Source: Squalus acanthias (lineage: Eukaryota). From it: DNA of 64,000 bases. The notes below the pieces were generated by a model. The model saw only the letters and a list, made by a program, of their open reading frames with translations, did no database searches and was not told the origin of the DNA. This document shows positions 24,618 to 34,474 of this stretch, one piece after another (position 1 is the stretch's first letter; every line of letters begins with the position of its first letter). Position numbers and translations under genes: made by a program. The stretch spans positions 68,884,001-68,948,000 of the forward strand of contig CM059438.1 in assembly GCA_030390025.1 (NCBI GenBank), read 5' to 3'.

Positions 24618-25124
24618 CCTTGGCTGGAAAATGGATTCACAAGTCTCTCCAGGCCGAGATTCAAGGCTGCAATGAGCAGGGTGTGGCTGGGGAGCAAGAT
24701 CGCCCCCCCCCCTTTAAGAACTGGCCGGCGCCAGTGTGTCTGTGTTCCCTCACTAACTGGCAGCAACTGCGCTGCGCTCGCGCTCTGAGTTAGCGCCTCA
24801 CTCCTCGGCCTTTGCGCCTTAAGACAGGTGTGCAGCGCCTGATTTAGTGCTCCAATCACCTCCAGGGGCGTTAAAAGTGAAGTTTCCAGTCAGTGGCGAT
24901 AATTAGCGCCAGGCGCTAATTTTTGCGCCCGGACGATATTTGCGCCCCAAACGGGGCGCGACTGAATTTTCACCCTAATATAAACTAAAGGGTACAATTC
25001 TAAAGTGGGTGCATGAACAGATAGACCATGGGGTATATGTGCACAAATCGTTGAAGGTGGCAGGGCAGGTTGAGAAAGTGGTTAAGAAAGCATACGGGAT
25101 CCTGGGCTTTATAAATAGAGGCAT

Positions 25125-26015
25125 GGGGGAAAAATTCAGTATCGCTCCATTTGGGGCGCAATTATCGGCCGGGCGCAAAGATTAGCGCCTGGCGCTAATT
25201 ATCGCCTCCGACTGCAAACTTGGCTTTTATCGCCCCTGGAGGTGATTGGAGCGCTAAATCAGGCGCTTCACACCTGTCTTAAGGCGCAAAGGCCAAGGAG
25301 CGAGGTGCTGCCTCAGAGCGCTGGCGAAGCTCATGTGATGTCAGTCAGCAATGGAACAGAGACACAATGGCGCGAGCCAGTTCTTAAAGGGGAGGGTCGA
25401 TCTTGCTCTCCATCCACATCCTGCTCATTGCAGCCTTGAATCTCAGCCTGGAGATACCTGTACATCAAATCTGCTGGAAAGCACAATGGAGAGACCCAGG
25501 GAAAGAGCTCAGAGTGCAGCCCCCACAGTCTCTTCTAAATAGATGCAAGGAAGGGCAAATCAAAATGAACCTGCAAAGTGCTGCTCAGTACCCAAAACTC
25601 TTTCACACAGCGTTGAATCTCTCTAGAAGTCTCTCTCTCTCTCTCTCTGAATGCGTGGTGCAAAAATGTCACCAACAAAAAAAGGCAGGAAGCGTTGGCC
25701 TTTAAATAGCGCTCCCCCAGTCCCTTCCTGACTGCAAAACGCTCCCCTCAACCTGTCGTTGCTAGCGGCAGGTGGTAAGGCAGGGGGCGCCACTCAATAT
25801 CTGCTCCGGGGCGCTACCGGGGCATTGCGCACTCGACTGACGTCACGATCTGCCGGCGCAGGAGATCATGGCAGTAGTGTTTAGCGCCGCCGCAAAATGT
25901 CTAGTTAATTTCGCGAGTGGCGCAAACATCGCCGCGCCTGGGCGCTAGTTGCTTTGCGCCCCATTAGCACCCTCTTAAGGTGCTAACGGGAGGCGCAACC
26001 AACTGAATTTTCCCC
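25125..26015. mobile_element. Non-autonomous Harbinger deletion derivative (same family as 5527-6419)
   Basis: TIR GGGGGAAAAATTCAGT / ACTGAATTTTCCCC. The CAT TSD restores the CR1 sequence AGAGGCATAGAG. Confidence 0.95.
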
Positions 26016-26632
26016 CATAGAGTTCAAAAGCAAGGAAGTTATGATGAACCTTTATAAAACACTGGTCCAGCCTCAACTGGAGTATTGTGTTCAATTCTGG
26101 GCACCGCACTTTAGGAAGGATGTGAAGGCCTTAGAGACGGTGCAGAAAAGATTTACAAGAATGGTTCCAGGGATGAGGGACTTCAGTTACGTGGATAGAC
26201 TAGAGAAGCTGGGGTTGTTCTCCTTAGAGCAGAGAAGTTTGAGAGGAGATGTGATAGAGGTGTTCAAAATCATGAGGGATCTAGACAGAGTAAATAGAGA
26301 GAAACTGTTTCCATTGGCGGAAGGGTCGAGAACCAGAGGACATAGATTTAAGGTGATTGACAGAAGAACCAAAGGCGACATGAGGAAAAGCTTTTTTACG
26401 CAGCGAGTGGTTAGGATCGGGAGTGCACTGCCTGAGAGGGTGGTGGAGGCAGATTCAACCATGGCTTTCAAAAGAGAATTGGATAAGTACCTGAAGGAAA
26501 AGATTTGCAGGGCTACGGGGAAAGGGCGGGGGAGCGGAACTAGCTGAAGTGATCTTGCTGATAGCTGGCATGGACTCGACGGGCTGAATGGCCTCCTTCA
26601 GTGCTGTAACCGTTCTATGATTCTATTCTATG

Positions 26633-26908
26633 GTCAGTAAAAGTGATCATGAACCTATCAGATCGTTGTAAAAACCCACCTGGTTTATTTATGTCCTATT
26701 TGAGAAGGAAAACTGCTGTCGTTACAAAGTCTGGCCTATATGTGACTCCAGTCCCACACCGTGGTTGACGCCTAACTACTCTCTGAAGTGGCCTAGCAAG
26801 CGACTTGTTGTATTAAACCGCTACAAAGAGAAGACTCACCACCACCTTGTCAGGGCAACTAAGGATGGGTAACAAATGCCATCCTTGCTAGTGTCACCCA
26901 CGTCCTGA
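26633..26908 (+). mobile_element. SINE (family of 1830-2172), 5'-truncated
   Basis: AAAACCCACCTGG..CTGGCCTATATGTGACTCCAG core and CACCACCACCTT..AGGGCAACTAAGGATGGG tail. Confidence 0.7.
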
Positions 26909-28884
26909 TTTTCCCATTATTCATAACAGGGCAGCTCGTGGCTTAAGAAAGCAATTACAGACTTGACCAAATATACCATTATTGAGAGTGTAATTTTCTC
27001 TTTAAATATGCTACAGTCATGAATTGCCTAGTATTCATTCCAGCTCCAATGAGCTGAGAACTGCATATTTTTACAAATGCTATTTTATTTATGTTCAACT
27101 GATCTTGTTTCAGCAACAGGAAATTGGAGGGGCATAAAACTCGAGGAGTTATCGGTGCAATTTTGTCCTTGATATGATTCTGTGCTGCTGCTTCGACCCT
27201 GCTCTGTCTTTTGGACTGGTGCTGTATTTCACTTCACGCTATCATTACTGAAGCTGAGTTTGCAATGAATAAGTTCAATTAAAATGCCACAGTATCTTGC
27301 TGCTATTGAAAATGTAATTTCTTAAAGTGAAAGAATTAAGCAGAACAGGGATAGTATATAAATGATTTTGAGGTCACGTTTACCTTTCTGTTCTCGTCAC
27401 CTTTTGAAATAATCTTGCCCAGGCGTAGACACTGACAAATTCATTCTGATATTCAAAAATATACACAAGTCGGGATTATATCTGAGTTAATGCAGATGTG
27501 TTACTTTCCCGTGTGCCTTATATTTTCTTCGGTCTTGTTGAGTTTCCAGCCACATGATCCATTCTATCTTCACTGAGACACTGACCAGACTATCTATTCC
27601 CAAGCCCATGCTAATAATGTTTTGAAACATCTAATTAGTGGCGTACAAGAGCTGTCTGAGACGACTTGATGCTTAACACCTATTGTTTGGCATATCTCTT
27701 AAATGGCTGCCTTGCATGGGGATAGAACTTAAGGGTTCAGCTTTATCTTAGTGTGCCAGCAACGAACCCTCAGGGCTGCGACGAGTTAAATTTTCTTGGT
27801 TGAATTTGGTTACGCCAAAACTAGCACCTTTAATTTTCTGAATTGAAAAGCTGGCGATGATGTTGTTGAACCTTAGCCTTAGTTGCTCAATAAGTTGTTT
27901 TTAACCTACTTAACACGGGTTTAACTTGAATTCATTTAATGGAATATGCTTGTGGCTTGTGCATTGCTCGAAGAGGTGGTGGAACTTAAGTTTTAGTGGG
28001 AAGAATGTGTTTGTGTAAGGGTCTGTGGTACATTTTTAAAAGTCAGTGGGGAGAGTTTCCTTTGAGTTACAGAAGATCTGGTTGATGTCTGAAGTAATGT
28101 GAAAGGTAAATTGTATCCTTCAGTTACTTTCTTGTGTTGAAATTAAATATCGATGTTTTTTTCTCTTCTTGACAACCAATAAGCTGGTTGCAGCAATATA
28201 TAATTTCAGCGCCCATTCCATTTAACTTTCAGATCTAAGACTGCTTTATCTCCAGCTCTTCTTCTTCTATTTCACTCTTCACAGGCTTATCTTTGTACTG
28301 CGGTCAGCCTGGGAGTATCATTGCATAGGATAAGATCCCATATAAAATGAAAAACTGTATTTTAAAAAAAAAATCTGCTTTTTGAATCCGGCTCCTGGTT
28401 TTGCTCTTTGTTTCCCTCATAATTTTGCCTGAGTTCAACGTGTTTCATGCAGCCAACTCTCCTATTGATTATATGTAAAAGAAGAAAATGAACCACTATT
28501 TTTCCCTTATGACATTCAAAAGGTGAAACTGCTGAAGTACTTACAGCTTGTAAAATACATGAGAAATACATTGGAAACAGCTTTCATTTCAGTTATTGAC
28601 CAATTGCCAGGCACAACTCCGAGGGCAGATAGCAAGCTACTTCCAGATTGGTCAGCAGCTTTTATACATGACTTGAAATAGTTTGATGTCAGCACCTAAT
28701 CTAAATCAATAGACATGATTTGGATGGTGATACTAAATTCTGCCGTAATGTAAAAAAGTAATGTTTTATTGTTTGAAGCTGTAGAAATAGTTAATTGTTA
28801 ACCTCTCCCTTATACACCATCAGTGTGATGGAAGTTAAGTTTAATAGTACTGAGTGACAGTGCTTATTGCTGGAATTCAATAAA

Positions 28885-29050
28885 TGAAAGGCTTGCATTT
28901 ATATAGCGCCTTTCACGACCTCAGGACCTTCCAAAGCGCTTGACAGCCAATGAAGTACTTTTGGAGTGTAATTACTGTTGTAATGTAGGAAACGTGGCCG
29001 CCAATTTGCACATGGAAAGGTCCCACAAATAGAAATGTGATAATGCCACT
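28885..29050 (-). mobile_element. DeuSINE 3' fragment
   Basis: CTTGCATTTATATAGCGCCTTTCACGACCTCAGG is the reverse of the DeuSINE tail. Confidence 0.75.
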
Positions 29051-29136
29051 GTTGACACTGTGAATTAAATATTTTGGATTTGTTTTGAACTCAGAAAGGA
29101 TATGATGCAGCCTTTTTCTCTGGCATCCTAAATCCC

Positions 29137-29800
29137 ATAGGAAAGCAAATGGTATGCTGGCCTTCATTGCAAGAGGATTTGAGTACAGGAGCAAGGTTGT
29201 CTTACTACAGTTATACAGGGCCTTGGTGAGACCACACCTGGAGTATTGTGTGCAGTTTTCGTCTCCTTACCTAAGAAAGGATATACTTGCCATAGAGGGA
29301 GTGCAGCGAAGGTTCACCAGACTGATTCCTGGGATGGCAGGACTGTCGTATGAGGAGAGATTGGGTCGACTAGGCCTGTATTCACTAGAGTTTAGAAGGA
29401 TGAGAGGGGATCTCATTGAAACGTATAAAATTCTGACAGGGCTAGACAGACTGGATGCAGGGAGGATGTTTCCCCTGGCTGGGGTCTAGGACAAGGGGTC
29501 ACAGTCTCAGGATACGGGGTAGGACATTTAGGACTGAGATGAGGAGAAATTTCTTCACTCAGAGGCTGGTGAACCTGTGGAATTCTCTACCACAGAAGGC
29601 TGTGGAGGCCAAGTCACTGAATATATTTAAGAAGGAGATAGATAGATTTCTAGACACAAAAGGCATCAAGGGGTATGGGGAGAGAGCGGGAATATGGTAT
29701 TGAGATAGAGGATCAGCCATGATCATATTGAATAGCGGAGCAGACTCGAAGGGCTGAATGGCCTACTCCAGCTCCTATTTTTCTATGTTTCTATGTTTCT
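29137..29800 (+). mobile_element. CR1 3' fragment
   Basis: Motifs LVRPHLEYCVQF and FFTQRLVNLWNSLP, with a (TTCTATGT)n tail. Confidence 0.93.
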
Positions 29801-30108
29801 AAAAGAAGTTGGATCATCAAAACTGTCCTGATAAGTTGTAGGGGGAACCCTCAAACTGGCCTGCACCATTATTGCACTGTTACAAAATGGCAAAAATTTA
29901 AAATCATCAGATTTAATAATGGCTGAATTTCTCCCCTGTTTAAACAAACCCGCACCGAAGTAATAACAGAAAAACCCTTTTCATAAATTATGAAGACCAG
30001 TTTTTCTCCCATGACGTTGTTCTGGGTAGTCTGGGGTCGTGAGCAATATTTTTACATTTTGCTGCTAGCTTTCTTGTACCTTCGAGGCTGTTGTTCTAAC
30101 TAGGCAAG

Positions 30109-30252
30109 ATGCGGAGATGCCGGCGTTGGACTGGGGTGGACAAAAATGAGAAGTCGCACAACACCAGGTTATAGTCCAACAGATTTATTTAAAATTACAA
30201 GCTTTCGGAGCTGTCGCCCCTTCCTCAGGTAAAGTTACAATGCTTTGGCAAG
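30109..30252 (-). mobile_element. Short Penelope-derived insertion with a minimal hammerhead ribozyme
   Basis: 9-bp TSD CTAGGCAAG (30100-08 / 30253-61) and a hammerhead core at 30195-30232(-). Confidence 0.75.
30195..30232 (-). ncRNA. Minimal type I hammerhead ribozyme motif
   Basis: Minus strand reads TTAC-CTGAGGA-A-GGGGC-GACA-GCTCC-GAAA-GC-TT-GTAA. Confidence 0.7.
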
Positions 30253-30839
30253 CTAGGCAAGTCCAGGAAGTTATCGCTGGTTGGAAACGGCTGAGGTCAT
30301 TCTTTTGGCAATTGTAATACCTTGTAAATTTCAGGCTCCCATTCAATGTTTGGCCTTTTTAAAGATGGTTTTGCACTGAGAGAATCATACTGATGGATGC
30401 TTCGAAATTGTCTGCACAGCATTCATTCAGACTGCAGTATTTTGCAAATTACAGTCACAAGTTTTGATATTACCTCTGTCCAGCTGTCTGCGTAATAGAT
30501 CTGGGATTGAATTATCCCTAATCACAAACTTTTCAGAGAGGTACCAGTCTCTGAGTAAAAATGTTCAGGTACTCAAAAGATACAAACAACAATTTTGTAG
30601 ATAAGTTTAATTATACTGCTGCTTTGCATCGGTAACCAAATGTAATTATGTCAACAAAAGATACCTTCTGCTTTTTTTTAAATAATGATGCTAAACCAAA
30701 TTCTGCACAGCAGTGTCAGGAGATGATTCACATAACTATTTCAGAGGTAGCTTCCCTGACCATTTATAGGTTGCAATCATTCTGTACAATGTTGACAAAT
30801 GGGTGCTGGCAGCAAATGCCTTTTTGTGTTGAGAGTACA

Positions 30840-31195
30840 ACAGTGTACTGGTTATGGTGTCGGAGTAGCAAGCAAGAGGTCATGAGTTCAAATGGCAAGT
30901 TGTGAAACTGAAGACAATAAATCTGGTGACTTGTGAAAAGACGCCAGATAAATTGATTGTGAAAGCTGCTGGATTGTTGCGAAACCCCAATTGATTCACT
31001 AATGTCCTTCGGGGAAGAGAAAGTATTGCCTCTACCTGGCCTGGCTGACATATGACTTCAATCACACCCTAGATGATTGACTTTTAATGCTTCTGAAGTG
31101 GTGTAACAAGCCAGTTGATTGTTATGTATTTTTAAAGGTCCACCTTTGGACAATGGGCAATAAATATGGCCACATCCCAAGAAAAACTGAAAATG
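30840..31195 (+). mobile_element. SINE (family of 1830-2172), diverged
   Basis: GAGTTCAAAT B-box-like motif, TTCACTAATGTCCTT core and ATGGGCAATAAAT tail. Confidence 0.6.
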
Positions 31196-31442
31196 AGAAG
31201 ATATTCCACTTTCCTAGAGATCCAAAACAATCTATTAAAAAAAAACACTTAATGCTTGTGTTTGAAATTCAGAAGCACCTTGCAATCTGAAGAGTTACCT
31301 CGTGAAATTCTGACCTCAGCTTCTGTTTACTTGACACAAAATGGACTTTCTGAACTTCAAGGAACACAGCGCCACCTTAGCAGCAGAACAATACATTGAG
31401 CTTACATGATGCAACACTCCTGCCATTACAAAACAGCATAGC

Positions 31443-31776
31443 ATTTGCCTTCGGAGTGAAAATTCAAATTCCTTTGCGGTTTGAATTTGGATTTTCAAAG
31501 CTCAAGATTATTTCCAATTGTCATTGTTCTTATTGTCCTAACCCAAGGAACGTGGGCTTACCTTTAGCGTGTGAAGAGAAAAGGAATTCCCGCTTATCCT
31601 CCATTTTGCGAAGGATATGATGCAAGACTTTCACCCCATTATTGGAATCAATTGCTTCATTGTTATGGATCTGATGTCTTTCATTTTCTGCCCGCATTAT
31701 TGGACAGTCATGGAAAATGTACACACATTTTTTGCCATCAGGCAATTGAGTATGAATTTTCACTCCGAAGGCAAAT
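31443..31776. repeat. 24-bp perfect inverted repeat around a 286-bp spacer
   Basis: ATTTGCCTTCGGAGTGAAAATTCA (31443-66) is the reverse complement of 31753-76. Confidence 0.85.
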
Positions 31777-32330
31777 ATTTTGTTTCTTTATCTGCGTGCT
31801 TATTTTCTTTATTGTTCCCAGAGATGAACAGTCAAACCCAAAATAGTCCCAATAAAGCCAAATTTGAAGACTCATTAATTTATGATTACCTGTGGTAAAC
31901 CAAATTTAATGTGGAGGAGGTGGGCAGAGGTAGATCAGCATTCTACTGCTGAAGAATGCATTTGTTTCCATGGCAGCTTAATTTGAGAGCGGAGAAGGAA
32001 GAGATTACATGGATTCTTTGCCATCAGGCAATTGAGTATGGATTTTTGTGGGATTCTTGCATATTACCTTGGTAAGAGGGAGGTATATTATTCCAGGCAA
32101 CTCTCAACCCATGATCAAGTGTGGATATGGCTTTCTGGTGTACAAGCATAGAATCAATGCATAGGCAGAGGAAGGGGGAAAAAAAGCTTGCCCTTTTTGA
32201 TTGCATCCCTGTTTTTGTTGTACCAACCTTCACTTGCCGCTGTTGCCATCGTCTGCCCTTGCTCTCTAAGGCATCCTCAGTGATTTTCTTTGTTAGTTTT
32301 CTTATCTGCTGGACTATGTGCCCATATCAT

Positions 32331-33199
32331 CGGGGGAGGAGGAGCCTTTCTTTCTTTCCCTCTCCCACAGAGCGGTCGGCAGCGGGGAAGGAGGGGCGGA
32401 CCTGGTTGGAGCGGCAGAGGCCTGAGGTGAGTCATTAAAGGGAGGCCCGAGGCTCAGGTAGGCCTCAGACCAGCGTCGACAGCGGGGGAGGAGGAGCCTT
32501 TCTTTCTTTCTCTCTCCCACAGAGCGGTCGGCAGCGGGGAAGGAGGGGCGGACCTGGTTGGAGCGGCAGAGGCCTGAGGTGAGTCATTAAAGGGAGGCCC
32601 GAGGCTCAGGTAGGCCTCAGACCAGCGTCGACAGCGGGGGAGGAGGAGCCTTTCTTTCTTTCTCTCTCCCACAGAGCGGTCGGCAGCGAGGAAGGAGGGG
32701 CGGACCTGGTTGGAGCGGCAGAGGCCTGAGGTGAGTCATTAAAGGGAGGCCCGAGGCTCAGGTAGGCCTCAGACCAGCGTCGACAGCGGGGGAGGAGGAG
32801 CCTTTCTTTCTTTCTCTCTCCCACAGAGCGGTCGGCAGCGGGGAAGGAGGGGCGGACCTGGTTGGAGCGGCAGAGGCCTGAGGTGAGTCATTAAAGGGAG
32901 GCCTGAGGCTCAGGTAGGCCTCAGACCAGCGTCGACAGCGGGGGAGGAGGAGCCTTTCTTTCTTTCTCTCTCCCACAGAGCGGTCGGCAGCGGGGAAGGA
33001 GGGGCGGACCTGGTTGGAGCGGCAGAGGCCTGAGGTGAGTCATTAAAGGGAGGCCCGAGGCTCAGGTAGGCCTCAGACCAGCGTCGACAGCGGGGGAGGA
33101 GGAGCCTTTCTTTCTTTCTCTCTCCCACAGAGCGGTCGGCAGCGGGGAAGGAGGGGCGGACCTGGTTGGAGCGGCAGAGGCCTGAGGTGAGTCATTAAA
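32331..33199 (+). repeat. 152-bp tandem monomers x5.7 at the CR1 5' end
   Basis: Units start at 32331, 32483, 32635, 32787, 32939 and 33091 and are nearly identical. Confidence 0.97.
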
Positions 33200-33483
33200 C
33201 TCACCTACGTGGCCTTTTTCCCCAGCGGGGAAAGAGCTTCGCGGGCTTTTTCAAAGGCAGGGGGCGGGGCCAATTCATTGGTACCCGTATATAGGTGGAG
33301 CGGTTGCTAAACCCGAGACACTACACTAGTAGTGACTCCCACCCTCCTTCTCCTCTAACCTTTAGGGGTAGAGGGAATTTAAAAGGTAGGTTCGATTTTA
33401 TATTTTGTTTTCAGGGACTTAACTCCTGGACCTAAGATAAATAAGTTTAAATTTTAGTAATAAAGTAACATAAGGGTTAAGTC

Positions 33484-34427
33484 ATGACAGGAAGTCTCGG
33501 ACCCGTTTCATGCTCCTCCTGTGCCATGTGGGAAACCAGGGACACTTCCAGTGTCCCTGACAACTACGTGTGCGGGAAGTGTGACCAGCTGCAGCTCCTG
33601 ACAGCCCGCATGGCGGTGCTGGAGCTGCGGGTGGACTCACTCTGGAGCATGCACGATGCCGAGAACTCGGTGAATCGCTCATTTAGTGAGTTGTCCACAC
33701 CGCAGGTAAAGGCTAGGACAGACAGTGAATGGGTGACCAAGAAGCAGGGCAATATCAGGAAGGTAGTGCAGGAGTCCCCTGTGGTCATCTCCCTCCAAAA
33801 CAGGTATGCCGCTTTGGATACTGTTGGGGGAGATGGCCTACCAGGGGAAGGCACTAGCAGCCAGGTTCATGGCACCATGGCTGGCTCTGCTGCACAGCAG
33901 GGCGGGAAAAAGAGTGGTAGGGCTATAGTGATAGGGGACTCAATTGTAAGGGGAATAGACAGGAGTTTCTGTGGCCGCAACCGAGATTCCAGGATGGTAT
34001 GTTGCCCCCTGGTGCAAGGGTCAAGGATGTCTCGGAGCGGCTGCAGAACATTCTGAAGAGGGAGGGTGAACAGCCAGCTGTCGTGGTGCATGTAGGTACC
34101 AACGATATAGGTAAAAAGCGGGAAGAGGTCCTACAAGCAGAATTTAGGGAGCTAGGAGCTAAATTAAAAAGTAGGACCTCTAAGGTAGTAATCTCTGGAT
34201 TGCTACCAGGGCCACGTGCTAATCAGAATAGAGAGAACAGGATAGTGAGATTGAATACGTGGCTTGAGCAGTGGTGCAGGAGGGAGGGATTCAAATTCCT
34301 GAGGCATTGGAACCAGTTCTGGGGGAAGTGGGACCTGTACAAAAGGGACGGTCTGCACTTGGGCAGGACTGGAACCGATGTCCTCGGGGTAATATTTGCT
34401 AAAGCAGTTCGGGAGGATTTAAACTAA
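33484..34427 (+). pseudogene. CR1 ORF1 (CxxC..CxxC zinc finger + SGNH esterase), frameshift at ~34005
   Basis: CSSC..CGKC and VIGDS lie in one frame; VHVGTND and DGLHL lie in the next. Confidence 0.9.
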
Positions 34428-34474
34428 TATGGCAGGGGAATGGGAACCTATGTAGCGAAACAGGGGGAAGTAAT

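Larger units (their letters stand above)
20744..24976 (+). mobile_element. Full-length PIF/Harbinger transposon (~4.23 kb), two convergent genes
   Basis: TIR GGGGGAAAAATTCAGT / ACTGAATTTTCACCCT and AAT duplication (20741-43 / 24977-79). Transposase is on +, Myb/SANT gene on -. Confidence 0.95.
20010..26632 (+). mobile_element. Older CR1 fragment split by two Harbinger insertions (20010-20743, 24977-25124, 26016-26632)
   Basis: RT motifs continue across both insertions. ORF 26041..26547 is the RT C-terminus, followed by a TTCTATGATTCTAT tail. Confidence 0.9.

Noticed and set aside
26910..28880. Host exons in unique AT-rich stretches (also 2.2-3.7, 8.4-10.7, 37.5-39.1 and 52.3-53.9 kb)
   Set aside because: There are isolated acceptor-like sites but no recognisable protein. 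Small exons or conserved elements cannot be excluded without alignments.
32314..33128. Five near-identical 68-72-aa minus-strand ORFs as a peptide gene array
   Set aside because: They use non-ATG starts and simply reflect the 152-bp periodicity.
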